Source of the DNA: Callorhinchus milii
Lineage: Eukaryota
Direction: 5' to 3'
Length of the DNA: 60,000 bases
Assembly (NCBI RefSeq): GCF_018977255.1
Contig: NW_024704742.1
Location: 53,880,001 to 53,940,000 of the forward strand
Within the stretch, counting starts at the first letter, position 1; each line of letters opens with the position of its first letter. A model generated the notes under the pieces. The model saw nothing but the letters and a program-made list of their open reading frames with translations, did no database searches and had not been told where the DNA came from. Positions 11,006 to 23,985 of this stretch are shown here, in pieces. The position numbers were made by a program, and so were the translations under genes.

Positions 11006-12830
11006 AATTGCAATTGTGTTTACTGGTGTGGTTTCAGAAATAATAGCATATTAACAAGATGACTGGTGGCATTTGAGTAGCTTTATTATGGCTGTGTTTA
11101 TACTGCTGGTAGTGTAATCATATCACTCACTCCAACAGGTCAATGGGGGAGCGAAAGCCTGTTCAACATCTCATTACATCCAGGGTTGTTAAAATAAGTA
11201 CTCAAAACTAGCTAAGATGCACACATGCAGAACTCAAAGATTGAGTGTTAGTTTTCTTTTTAATACAATGCAATGTGGAGTGGGAAGTATTAATTAAATT
11301 GAACACTTAAAGGCTTCTGGACGTTCTAAAGAACAGCCCAAAAGCTTTTGTTGAATCTTTGGAGAGAGAAGCTCAGTGTGATTCATACCAGTTGAAATTT
11401 GTACTGCGGTGGGAGGAAAACAACTGATCAGGAAATTACAACCTCCAAATGGGGTAAGGGACCAGATTCCATCAAGCTTCAGACTGGCTCAGCCAACCAT
11501 GATTTATACTGAGGTTAACCTCAAACAACATGACAGAGAGGTGAATCACCATTAAATTTGCTTTGATTCACTAGAAAGCATGCAGAATAAATACAACATT
11601 ACTATAATATTATTTTTTGTGAGCTCAAAACATTAAAACCAGCCAGCCTAGGGGGACAGTATATAATATGTGGTCCTTTCTAAAGCCTAAGGATTTTTCA
11701 ACATTGCAATTCAATTCTACAAGTACAAATGAGCAAATGTACAGAATTATTTTTTGGAGGTCAGCTAGAAATGTGACACATGCAGAAACTCATCTCTATG
11801 CTTAAGAGTATCTGAGCCAAACAGAGCTCCATGCATCCCACCTATATATGGAAATTCCAGAGATATCTTTCGGAATTGAATGCCAACTCTCTCCTTGGAG
11901 TCCAACCAGTAAAACACATAGCTTGCCATTGAGAACACTGCCTGGCAATGTTTCCAGCTACTTGTTCAGCTGGGACCACCCTACCCATTAGGGCTTTGGC
12001 TTACAGGGTTAACGGAAGCTGAGTGGCCTAACCCCCATTCCCCATTAACTGGTTTGCCCTTCCAAGTCCTTCTGATGAGCCAAGCTGGTTGTACTGTCAT
12101 CAGCAGTGCCCTAGCGTACCTCAGACCCACCTGGCTCAGTAACTGGACTCAGTAGCTGCCAACACTGAGCCAGGCTGACACACAGTGTTTTTGAAGGAAG
12201 AGATCAGATGGGCTGAAATGCCTTTTTCATCCAAGCTAAGCTTATGATCTTGTGATTACTTATTAAGGACTCCCACGAAGAAACACCACAAATTAGACTC
12301 CAACGTGTCTTTGGGGAACGTTTACAAATATTGCAACTCTGAGATATTGCTGTGACTTGGATTCTGGTGTATTCTGAGCTGTACCTTCCTGGATTGTTGT
12401 AAAATATGTAGCCAGAAAAAGACCCAAAGTTTCATAGTTTTCAAACAACACTGGCAGTATCATTGACAATCTTTAATATGCGTTTTTTTTTTGCATTTGG
12501 TTAGCAGTCACAGTGGAATAGCCTCCTGACAGAAATTTGAAGTATGAAGACTATGGATACCACCTCAGCATTTCCTGAAACCATGAGATAATATACAGTA
12601 CTTCGTCACATAGATTACTAATACTAGATATTGTCAATCAACCATGAATGAAAAAAAGTATTCATGAAATAATAAAACAACAACAGACTGCTTAAATATC
12701 TGATTTGGACAAATATTGCATTTGGTGTATTATTATTTTCATCTAAATTTCAGAATTGTCATGAGCAAAAAGGAGGAAAGGTGGTTCTTGCAACTTGTAA
12801 TACAATCATTTGAAATCATTTGACTGGTAG

Positions 12831-13248
12831 GTGTCAGCCTGGATTAACTGGTTGCCCTCTTGTCTCAGAGTCAGGAGTCTGTGATTTCAAGTACTATTTT
12901 GGTTCTTTGAACTCACATCGACTGATACTCCAGTGTAATGCTGGGGGAGTGTTGCCTTGTTGGAAATGCCGTCCTTTGGATGAGACATTAAATCAAAGGC
13001 CCATCATCCTGTTCAGGTGGATCTTAAAGATCCCACGGCAGAAATTTGAAAAGAGTTTCTCCTGGTGTCCTGGCAAATAATCCCCAAATAAAAATAGTCA
13101 TTTACTTCATGGCTGTTTGTGGGATATTGCTGTGTACAGATTACCTGTTGCATTCACAGTCACTACAGTTTACAAAATATTGTGTGATGCGCTTTGAGAT
13201 GTCCTCCTAATGTGAATGGCACTATATCCAATGTTAGGATTATTATTT
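12831..13248 (+). mobile_element. Deu-domain SINE (SacSINE1/AmnSINE1-like body), near full length
   Basis: Body GCCGTCCTTTGGATGAGACATTAAATCAAAGGCCC...CAGGTGGATCTTAAAGATCCCACGGCA is Deu-like; tRNA-like head; (TTA)n tail shared with the Ala SINE. Confidence 0.8.
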
Positions 13249-13447
13249 ATTTGTCATTTTTGATCGATTATTTTTGCAAAGAAATTACTGAGGGAATAGA
13301 GCACATACTAATGAGGAGTGAGAAAATCTGTTCACAAAGTGAACACATGCAATGTGCATTTTGAATGCTTTGCAAGCTTAAAAATTAATATCTGTTTTTA
13401 ATGGAGAAAAACTGAACTGAATATATTAGCATAAGTTACAGTCTGAA

Positions 13448-13655
13448 GGGGAGAAACTCTTTCCAGATTCACTCTATTTTAAGCAGAAAATGCAGGGATT
13501 TTTATTTTATTTTAGGACACCTAGAATTTGGCAAATTATTGAATTGAGTCTGAACTTTGGAGTCAGTTTTCTGTGGTACTTAAAACTAACGTAGAGAAAA
13601 ATGCTTCAAAATTAAAGTCTATTTATGAATTTGCCAAATTCTCAACCCTCTGAAA
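13448..13655. mobile_element. Palindromic MITE relic (Harbinger-like termini)
   Basis: Perfect 15-bp inverted repeat AGAATTTGGCAAATT (13523-13537) / AATTTGCCAAATTCT (13628-13642); related to 17688-17897, 20440-20560 and 52404-52556. Confidence 0.55.
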
Positions 13656-13669
13656 TGGCTGCAGGTTTC

Positions 13670-13995
13670 TTGACCTCAGTGCTCCGGTCACTCTCTTTGC
13701 TCAACAAACCTCTGCCTGCTTGATGCCCCACATTCAATCTGCCTCACTACCAGTGGGCAAGCTTTCAGCCATTCTCTAGAACTCTATCCTGTGTCTCTCC
13801 ACCTCGCTCTTTCACTCTCCACTTTTAAAGTCCACCTTCAACCCTATCTTTTTGACTGTATTTTTGGTCACCTTTACCCCTCCCCCTCTTTAATGTGAAA
13901 GATGTCATATAAAAGTATAGTGTTCCGAGATACTACCCTGCACGAAGGGTGCTAGATAAATGCTAGTTATTGTTGTAAATTGTTATTATTGTTGT
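13670..13995 (+). mobile_element. Old L2 3' fragment
   Basis: GCTTTCAGCC...CTCTAGAACTC...CTTTTTGACTG...GAAGGGTGCTAGATAAATGCTAGTTATTGTTG, a degenerate family A-like end. Confidence 0.65.
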
Positions 13996-14604
13996 TCAAA
14001 CCAAATATAGTATAACTCACTGACTAAGATTAGAATTTTTTGAGGACTGAAGCAATATTTCAGCACCTAAAATAATAGATACAGAGCAGCAGATAAGCCA
14101 TGGCTGTATGATTCAAACCATATCATAAACTGCAAGGATGATTGTATCTGAACCCCAGAATTTAAACTGATAAAATTCAGTGATATGCATTCAAATATTT
14201 ATAATCAATAGATAAGTTCCTAGATAATTTTTCCTTTTTATTTTGGTTGAAAGCACAGCAACAGGAAATTATTTTCATCTTAGCACTAGGCAGAAACTGA
14301 ACTGAAGAGTCAGCAATTTGTAACTGAAACCAGCAGTGAGCAGGAAGTGAATGGTCACAGTGAGAACTTGTCATTGAGACCAGCAGTGAGCATAAATAAG
14401 GTTGTGTTTATCATTACACATGATAACAATTACAACGTTTCTGTCTATTCGGAAAATGCTGTGAATTTAAAATATTTTCTTAACTTAAAATTTTCTCTTG
14501 TTTCTTACCAATTTTCCTCCCTTCAACTAGGGTACAATTCAATTGTATTTTACCTCAGGCCATTTTATTCCTCTGTGAACCTCGGCAATGAGTGTTATCA
14601 GGGT

Positions 14605-15037
14605 ATAATAATAATAATTGTTGTATTTCATATTGCACTTTTCATGTCTAGAGTACATTGCCAAAAGATTCACAGGTTTTACTGGAAAGTGATGCAACTG
14701 TGTTTTTGTAATTGAACACGATGGTCAATTGCACATACAAATGTTCCATAAATAGCCATAAATTGAATGAACATTTTCAACTGGAGGATTATTGGCCAGG
14801 ACTTCGGATGAAACTCCCTTCTCTTTTATGAATAGCGCCATGGGATCTTTAACGTCTACCTGAACAGGTAGAAGGGACCTCAGTCTAACATTTCATTTGA
14901 ATGATGGAACCTCTCAGAATACAGTACACTCCCAGCATTCCCTGCATCAGAATATCAGCCTAAACAATATGAGGTCCTTGAACCCACATCGTTCTGACTC
15001 GAGAGACAAAAGTGCCTCAACTGAGCCAGGCTGACAT
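14605..15037 (-). mobile_element. Deu-domain SINE, near full length
   Basis: Plus strand shows (ATA)n tail, GCCATGGGATCTTTAACGTCTACCTGAACAGG body and CTGAGCCAGGCTGACA head end. Confidence 0.8.
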
Positions 15038-15057
15038 CTAGGATATTGCACTGTTTA

Positions 15058-15285
15058 CAACCACGCCCAATCCTGCCCTGGTCTGATGCCCATGCATTCA
15101 TACCTCCACCAGATGTTATTCAGGATCAATAATCCTGGTTGATACTATCTTTCTGTTCGGTGATGCTGAAAAAATAATTAGTGCCCAGCTGAGATGAGCT
15201 AATTGATCACCAAGCAGGAATCACTCCTGGGATCCTCCTGATCTGCAAGTTTTGGCTATTAACTGATAAACCAACTAAGCCAATG
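15058..15285 (-). mobile_element. Ancient degenerate SINE-like relic (third family)
   Basis: Minus strand CAGATCAGGAGGATCCCAGG...TTAGCTCATCTCAGCTGGG; apparently related pieces at about 43815-44100 (-), 45735-45815 (+) and 12050-12135 (-). Family identity recalled, not verified. Confidence 0.4.
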
Positions 15286-17039
15286 GCAAATGCCTCTAAT
15301 GAATTTACAACACATACAATACAATTTACTTTTATATAGTGTTGGTTACACTGGAAGAGCATCTCAAAGTGCTTGCTTAACACAGATGACTGGGCACCAA
15401 AGCTGGGGTGGAGGTAGGAGTTGAAGAGTATGTCATACAACACTAAGAACTCATGTACAACTTTAGTAAGAGAAGAAAGATTTATGAATGAAAGTTAAGT
15501 GCTGCAATTCACTTTCAATACAATTACTCTAACCTTGTGAGAATTGAATCGGATGAACATATTTAGATTCAAAAGATCATTACATTACTTATCACTTTAG
15601 TTATCTCCAGAATAGCTGGAGTATCTGACAAACCCTCTAATTGAATTAGCAAAACAACACCTAAATTATTATTATTAAAATTTGTATTGCATATACTTTT
15701 CGGCATTAGTAATGCAGAAAATTTCTGATTCTCTCCCCCCAGGAAATAAGAATGCTAAAGATGCTAAGAATCAATGATAAGTTCAATTTTACGGCATAGC
15801 ATCTTATCACATCCGAATAGTCTCAAAGTACTTTGCACAATGAGTCACTTTGAAGTGCAGAGACTGATGTCATGTTTTACCATGGACAGAATGTCCTGAA
15901 GCACTTTACACAACAAATTACTTTGAAGTGTGGTGACTTATGTCACTTAGATAAGGCAGCTAATATGCATCAGCAACATTGTACAAACAGCAATAAGATG
16001 AATGACCAAACTATTCTTCGTGAATTTTGGATGAGAGAGGAATATTGGCCAGGGCAAAAAAACTCCCCATTTCTACATGAAATGGTGCAAAATATGTTGT
16101 TGAAATAACTTTAGTCAAGTCTCAAATTATTATATGTTGTAGTCATCTCAATTCCTATCATTACTGGCATTCCTTTGCTTCCTTTCATATCATTTCAGTC
16201 TTCACTCCTTTCATTTTGCTCTTAGCTCATGCGTAATTTTGTCTCTTTGACAATTTATTTTTATCTCTGGAGTATATTTTTGACTAGTTAATATATTTAT
16301 TTTTATCTCGATTCATATATCACATACAGGCCTGAGACTTACACATTCGTCATTGGTTATTTTGATTTTGGTCCACATCTTTTTCTTCTATTGTTTTTGG
16401 TCTGTTAATTAGTCCCACAGCAAAATGACATGACAGTGTGCTGTTCATGCTAGGATCAAAACACATTACCCAAGGTGTTTCTGTTTCTATTCTGAGCTAT
16501 GCTTTTGCAAATGCATTGCAGTCATTTTGGAGGCAAGTTCTGTAGTGTTTTGTTTGCTTGCCATATTGCTTAAAACACCATAGTTTGTGGCTATGTATTT
16601 CTAAACGGGCCCTGAACCTTTTGCAGAAATATTCTAGTCATAGCTATAAGCCCATCAATGTTCTCTCTTTGCAAAGTGGGGGATTGGGAAATCTCTTCAT
16701 ATATATCTCCAGCTGTTGGGCATTATGTGTCAGGTATTTTATTGAGCTAAATGATAATCAAATTAGATGCAAAGTAGATCACAAGAGAGGTTCGGATGAA
16801 GAAGACCCTTCAGCCCATTTCATTGTTTGCTTCCAGAATACCCATTCTACTGTATTCCCATCCCACCCTTCCTGGCTAGACTCGTACCAAATTTTTACTG
16901 CTTCCCAGATAAATATAAGAATAATAAATAATTTGCCCACAGATGGTTAGGTTCATGGGTCCTGTTGCTTTGAATAATGCTGGAAGATGTTGTCATTCTT
17001 TGTCTCCTATCATTTTGTTTTCTACTGTTATAAGGGATA

Positions 17040-17390
17040 AATGGCTGAGAATTGCAACTACAGTAATTAAAGGGTAATTTTTATTTACGAACAGGAGAAC
17101 ATGCACACTGCAATCTCCCATGAAGTGAATGACCAACATTACCCTGGAGTTTGTTGGCCAGGACACCAGGAGAAACTTGAATAGTACCATGAGATCCTTA
17201 ATATCCACCTGAGGAGGTAGATGGGACCTTGGTTTAACATTTTATTCAAAGGACACTACCTCCAAAAAATGCACTTTTTCCCAAGCACTGTATTGGGGCC
17301 CAGCCTTGACTGTGAGTATTGACATGGGGCTTGAACCCAAAAACCTCTGACTCAATTCCGAATGTGGTACCAACTGAGACAGACTGACAC
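17040..17390 (-). mobile_element. Deu-domain SINE
   Basis: TTGGCCAGGACACCAGGAGAAAC...CCATGAGATCCTTAATATCCACCTGA...GGCTTGAACCCA...ACCAACTGAGACAGACTGACAC. Confidence 0.78.
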
Positions 17391-17687
17391 GTCTAGAAAA
17401 TATAATATTAGTGACAAAAAGACTGAGAAATGGTAGAGGATGAGGCATCAAGAGGCAATGGAAAAATATTTTGACTAATTGCTAAATGCTACTGCTGATG
17501 ATTTGATGGCATTCTAGGAGATAATGAACACAGATATGAAGACTAGAATTAGAAAAATGATGAACAATTTACCCTAGAGATTGAAATACACATGGTGCAA
17601 GTAAAATAAAAGCAGGGATGGTACAAAGACAGCATTCATTGATTGAACAAAACTTATATGGTAAGAACAAGGGACTCAGAAATATAT

Positions 17688-17897
17688 GGGGGCAGAAATT
17701 CCACCTGCATCTGGATATACTTAACATTTCAAAGCATCCTGAGTTTGGTATATACTTAAACACATTCGTATAGGTTTTCCGGAAGTTCTTTTAAAAACTT
17801 CAGTAAAGCACCTTCAAAGTTAGGACTGAATTTTACTTATTTTTCACAAATTCTGGAAGCTCTAAAATGCCACAGAAATCTAAACCCAGGTGGAATT
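17688..17897. mobile_element. Palindromic MITE (Harbinger-like termini)
   Basis: Left GGGGGCAGAAATTCCACCTG, right CAGGTGGAATT; internal arms also partly complementary. Confidence 0.55.
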
Positions 17898-20001
17898 GAA
17901 ACACACTGCTGCCATAAGATGATATTCTAAACAGATTGAGAAAAAGGGAAGATGCAATCTATTAATTATAGAGTGATCTCTATTTCCCATCTAAAATCAG
18001 AAACCGAATTGAATATTTCAGAAGATCACAAGAAAGATATACAGACGAAGAAGGCCCTTCGGCCCATTTGATCTCTTTCTTACAGAATACCGACTCCACC
18101 ATCTTCTCACAAGAGCATCATTTTCTAACTATCTTAAGTTGATGACATCTACTCACTGACTCACACAATGGACCAAAAGGCTTTCTTCTGTACTGTAAAG
18201 GTCTATGGTTAAATGACGTGCATTAGACATTAGGGGACCACTTGACATTTGTGACCCCAAATTATACTGAAGCATTAAGATCAGTTTGCATTAAAATTTA
18301 AGATGGTGAAGATTTGTGGAAAATCCTAAAATTCAAGCTTAATTTGGATTGCTTATAAAGACACCAGGTTTGAGGCAAGGAACTCAAATTAGGAATATTT
18401 TCCACAATTCTCCAACACCGTAAATGTTAAGACAAAATGGTCTTATAGACTACAAATATATTTTCGGTGGAATTTCAACCTTTGGTCTAAAAAATAACCT
18501 TTGCATTGGTCATTGGACTACCAGAGAGACTTGCAATGCTGAACACTTCAACATAAGCTGCAAAGAAAAAATGATACTGTATACAGGAGAATAAAACTCC
18601 CATAAAGGATTAGGTTCACATTTCTAGACTGCTGAGATGCAAGGAAGAAAAAAATAATAAATGTTTGCTCACTGCACCTAAATAGAGGCAGAGCTTATGT
18701 GGAACTGGTTTTAATCCTTACCCTTAGGTGCAGAATTCTGTAGGGGATTTGTAGAATCCCCTTTTCTACAAAGTCATGACCTTTCTGCAAAACCAGTTCT
18801 GTAATCTCTGCAATATTTCCATTGCTGAGTACTTTCAAAAGCAATAACGGGATGATAGCAGGAACCATTACCATGATGAAGTGCCCAAGATTAAATGCCA
18901 TTCAATATCAGGTCAGCTCCAGCTCAAAAGTTCGTATGCAAAGCATACTGAGTCACATAAAAATATGATAACACGGTTAATATAAACAATCATAATATTT
19001 TCTATTTTCTATTAGCATCAATCGTCTACTTCCCTTCATAGAATAATTTGTTCAGGAAATCATTGTGGGAATATGTATTTTTATGGTTGCAAATTGAGTC
19101 TTCAACACTTCTAATCAGTTAAAATTGGCGAAGCAAAACTAAAGTCGCTGTCACTTTGCTAAGGTTTATGTTAGCGGAAACATAAAAAATCTCAGGGTTT
19201 GTTTATAGTTAGCTGATAAAGAAAAACAGTTATTATTGCTACTAACACGGTACATTGCTGTGAGCTATTGGCTACTGCGTTCGCCTACAAAATATCCAGT
19301 CATCACGCTTTACAGTTAATTTTGTGAAGCGCTTTGAGACATCCTCCCACTATGACATGTAGAATATCAAATATATTACATATTTATAGTAATGTGAACC
19401 ACTGTTATTTCAAAATGTGTCCCTTTTGTAAAACATTGCCACTTCCACCTAATCAAATTAGGTGCACCATGTTCCTGAAATGAGAAATTACACATTTTCC
19501 ACTTTTCAAAGCAAAAACGATTATCTCAAAGAGATTGTAAGTTGTTTAATTTCTAGGTGATTGGAGAGACCAGATTTGACTCAGACTGTCAACAAACAAA
19601 TGTATTTGGCTCTCACCTAAGCATTTTTTATAAACTTGGTGCGCAAGGTTAGGCCCTGCTCACCCCCCTTAAACCAAATTAGAATGAATCGTGTTCCACA
19701 AGGGAATGAGAGTTGTTCCCGTAGACAGCTCTTCTCCCGTATAAACTCTCTGGGCCCCAAATTGTCAAAGGACAATGCAGCCCTGATGCCGAGCAAGTCA
19801 GGTGACCAGATCACCTCTCTGACCCAGCAAGCCAGAGCGTAGTGACTGTGCTCAAGCTAGATCTGCATTCTAGTATCTCCGCTTCCTCTAAGTTTTCAGC
19901 CCTCTGTTGATTGGGATCAGTATTGTGGTACTTCCAACCTGAGGTGTATGATCTGCCTTCACAAAGTCATGGCTTTAACAAATTAATGTTATTTTCTCCA
20001 G

Positions 20002-20045
20002 GAAATGTAGTCACTGGCATGGGGCGTTTGCACCTTTGCTTTCTG
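20002..20045 (+). other. Candidate 44-nt exon containing an ATG (MGRLHLCFL)
   Basis: Branch-like TTAAC, acceptor TTATTTTCTCCAG|G, donor CTG|GTGAGT, ATG at 20019 in a GGCATGG context. No homology recognised. Confidence 0.25.
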
Positions 20046-20091
20046 GTGAGTCAGTTAATGATTGCTATTTACAACGACTGTTATTGTGGAG

Positions 20092-20380
20092 AATAATAAA
20101 AATAATCCTTGCATTCAATATTGTCTTTCACATAGGGAGGATATCTCAAAGCTCTTCACACGATAAACTATAAAGTGTAGTGACTGTGTGCTTTGTAGAC
20201 AGCCATTTTGCACACAACAATGTTCCCCAATTAGCAATGAAATAAATTACCAATTTTACCACAGGGATTGTTGGCCAGGACACCGGCAGAAACTTTGTGA
20301 ATTCAAAGTCTCAACGAGTGGCTTGAACTCATATCCTTCGGACTCAGAAGCAAAAGTGTCACCAACTAGCCAGGCTGACA
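20092..20380 (-). mobile_element. Deu-family SINE, internally deleted
   Basis: AATAATCCTTGCATT tail, TTGTTGGCCAGGACACC, and head GGCTTGAACTC...GACTCAGAAGC...GCCAGGCTGACA. Confidence 0.75.
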
Positions 20381-21649
20381 GAAGAGGTGAACATAAATGG
20401 ACAAGCACTTGAGGAAGTGAAAATTAGCATGTAGTTTATAAAAGAAATTCATAGAAAACCAGCTTCAAAATTAAGGCTGCATTTAGAATTTGCCAAATTC
20501 CAGATGTTCTGAAATGTTATATTAATAAGATTCAATCCAGACTCAGGTGGAATTTCTTCCATACAGTTTATACACTAAGCTATAGATCATCTCTCTTATA
20601 CCCAAATAATCAACTCAAGATTAAATAGCATTTTCATAATACTAGAAATGGTAATTTTAGAACCTCAATCCTTCACTGAGAATGTTATTATTCATCAAAT
20701 ATTAGGTTCAAACACTGCAGAATCATGTATAACATAGGTAGAAATATTAAAGCGTCTTCTATTCTGCCCCAACACAGTGTTTTGATTTTGGTTCCATATA
20801 AGTCCTTTTATGGAACACTTATTCCATTATTTCACCCACAAAATATATAGCGATAATATATAGCTTTACAGCATATTCTGTGAAGCGCTTTGAAACATCT
20901 GGAAGACCTGATAAGGCGCTATATCAAATGGAAGGATTATTATTATTATATTGATGATGATTTCTTCACTGTACAGATCAAAGCCCTATTGGTGAAGTGA
21001 GTTGATAATACAATATGTGCCCGAGCCCAGCATTTAGCTAATCGCTTGGTATATACAGCAGGAATTTATCCATTGTGAAGTATAGAATTTGAAAGGTGGA
21101 TAAGAAAGATGCAATACGGAAAGAATGGTTTGTGTTTGCCTTTGCTTCATATTTAACAAACCCCAACAGATCAGATGTCTCCAAGCAATCGGTATTATGG
21201 CAAAGAACAATCGATCTCATGAAAACTTCAGCATTAATGAGACTGCAGTAAAAGTTGCTTGGAAAGTTCACCAAATAAAATCTTCAAAATAACCCAGCTT
21301 TTGATGTTTGGCTGTTGTATCACAGCACTGGCACTGCTCAAAAAGCATTCATTAGCAGCGGATAACACAATTAGCCTCGGCCAGTGGCAGAAACTGGAAT
21401 GAAATTGCATTTGAGTTGCTGATTACTGTCCAAAAGTGGTGTAGCAGAAGCACTCTGCACAGTCAAAATAGGCTTGATTGATACTTATTTTTATTATATA
21501 TCAAATACGTCTGCATGGTAAAACACATCAAATCCTCTGGCATGAAAAATTTTATTTATGAAACTACTGTTTATTTTGTTACTTTAAAGCCCAATTTTAT
21601 ATGTTTGCTCATTTAACAGCAGACACCATATTTAAACACAGTGGAAAAA

Positions 21650-21825
21650 AGAAACAGAAACTGTGAATCTGGAAATCTAAAATAACACTAGAAATGTTAC
21701 AAGTCTACAACAGATCAATCAGCATCAGAAAAAGAAAAAACGGATTTGAGATTTGTGTGAAACATTGACCCATTTTTCGTTTTCAGATGCTTTGACCTGC
21801 AATGCACTCCCAACATTTATTTTAC
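21650..21825. repeat. Imperfect palindromic repeat, Penelope-like terminal relic
   Basis: CTGGAAATCTAAAATAACACTAGAAATGTT...CAGCATCAGAAA pairs with TTTCAGATGCTTTGACCTG...CAACATTT; related to 37661-37780. Confidence 0.45.
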
Positions 21826-22946
21826 ACTCATTACAGGTGTGAAGTGGTGAAACTTCCATTTCCCCAGCATTCTGAGGCATTCTCTTTGACCTCATTCACA
21901 CATAGAAAAGTCAGGCCCAATAAAGCAACTACTCAAGAATGAAATACATGCCTTACATGTAAGGTTAAATATGATGCACTTTATGGCAACAAATCAATAT
22001 TAGCCTCTTCCACCTCATCATAGCAAATGCCAAAACTACACCAAAATTAAATCAACCTCTGGGAATGCAATTGAGAGCTTGGCATTTCATCAATTAGTAC
22101 CTTGTTATCATTGCATCTATTTGTTTCATTCAATAACCGTTAATCTTTGGCTGTTTAAAACAGTTGTGTTATGCATTCAAATGAACTTCTGTGAACTACA
22201 CGGTAAATGACATTCCTTCAACTGTTGATCTTGTTAATTAATTTTCAACATCATTATATATATTCTCCAAGCCAGCTAAAGTAATTCTAAAAGGCCTCCC
22301 TGTTAGAAACTATAATGCTATATGACATTTACAAGTGAATGTCGAGTGTTCTATTAGAAAGGTCAGCTACATGTTCTTTCTGGTCAATAAATTTCATCAC
22401 TGTTAACAGCTTAAAGACAGAAAAGAGGGAAATGGTGTGTAGGGGTATTAGAATGTACACACTAAAGTTATTATATCTGACACCTGAAAAAACTCCTGTA
22501 CCCTAACTGCGAAATTAAAATCACAACTCTAAATATATGAAAGCTCATCTTACAGGGTAAGAATATGTAATATGAATGTGTCGCTCTTGTTGCTGCATAT
22601 TACTATATTAATGAGTATGAACTCTAAGCAGGAGTGGGAAGCGTTGAAAGGACATTTACAATTCATAGCAACTTATACTATTCCTAGCCATTGTTTAATA
22701 AAGTAAATCAATGAGAATCAGCAACTAGGTGGCTTATCAACAACAAAACCAACAACAGCAAATTACATTTGTATAGCGCCTTTCACATCAGGAGGATGTC
22801 CCAAGTCGTTGGGCTTGGGAAGTTACAAAATGACTGTTCCTAGTAAGAAGGAGCCAACACATTAAAAGTAATTCTTCTATACTCTTTGTACCATTGTATT
22901 GTATAATCTTTCCATGAGTGGAATGTAAAGATCTATAGCTTCTATT

Positions 22947-23985
22947 ACAACAACAACAACAGCAGCATTACATTTGTATAGCGCATTTCACATTGGGAGG
23001 CCATCCCAAGGTGCTGGACAATCAGGGTTTTAGAGCTGAGTTGGAGGTCAGGATTGGGGAGGGTGGAGGCCGGTGTGGGGGGAAGGACAGTGACCGAAGG
23101 CACGGTCAAAGGGGAGGGTCTTGCGACGAGTCTTGAAGGAGGCAAGGGAAGAGGTGAAGTGGAGGACTGCGGGATGGAGTTCCAGAGGGTGGGACCAGAG
23201 TGGCAGAAGGCCAACCTGCAGCCTATGGAGGGAGGAGTTGGGGAAGCCGACAAGCAGGGATTTTGAGTAGACGAGTTATGAAGGCATGTATGAAGGTCTT
23301 GGTGGCCCGCAGTGTGAGACAGTGGTGGAACCAGGCAATGTTGTGGAGGTGGGATAAGGCAGAGCCAGGACATGGCACAGATGTGTGGTAAAAAGGATAG
23401 TTGAGGGTCAAACAAGACTCCAAGGTTCTGGACTGGCTTAGTAAAGTGGAGTTTGCAAACATGGATGGTGATGGCTGTCATCCACATACATGTGGAAGTT
23501 GACCCCACGTCTGCGGATGATGTCACGAAGAGGGGGCATATAGATATTGAAGAGGAGGGGACCAAGAACAGAGCCCTGAGGAACGCCACACGAGATGGTC
23601 CGGGGGCTACAGGAGAAACCATTTGTGGAGATGAAGTGCAGGCGGTGTGAGAGGTATGATCTGAACTAGTCAAGGACAGAGCTATGAAGGTTGAGGTGAG
23701 AGGAGAGGTAGTGGAGGAGGATAGTATGGTCAACAGTATCGAAGGCGGCAGAAAGATCAAGGAGGACGAGAAGGCAGAGAGAGCCCTGGTCGCAGATGGA
23801 CAAAATGTCCAGATGGAAGTAGCTCGGGTCAGTTGTGGCAGCCAAAATGCGCACAGCGAGACCCGGGTAGCAGCATAGCATGGTCAACCCACTGGTGTGG
23901 GTCACAGGAAACGAGGGTGCGAAAGTCATCGTGAGTCCAGGCTCAGAGTCTTGAATGTGGCGGGTGGAAATGACGTTGTGCACCA
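22947..23985 (-). mobile_element. L2 family B, 5'-truncated, with deletions and frameshifts
   Basis: Minus-strand peptides LLVLLDLSAAFDTVDHTILL and VQNLGVLFDPQLSFLPHI (L2 RT region); (TTG)n tail at 22947. Confidence 0.93.
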
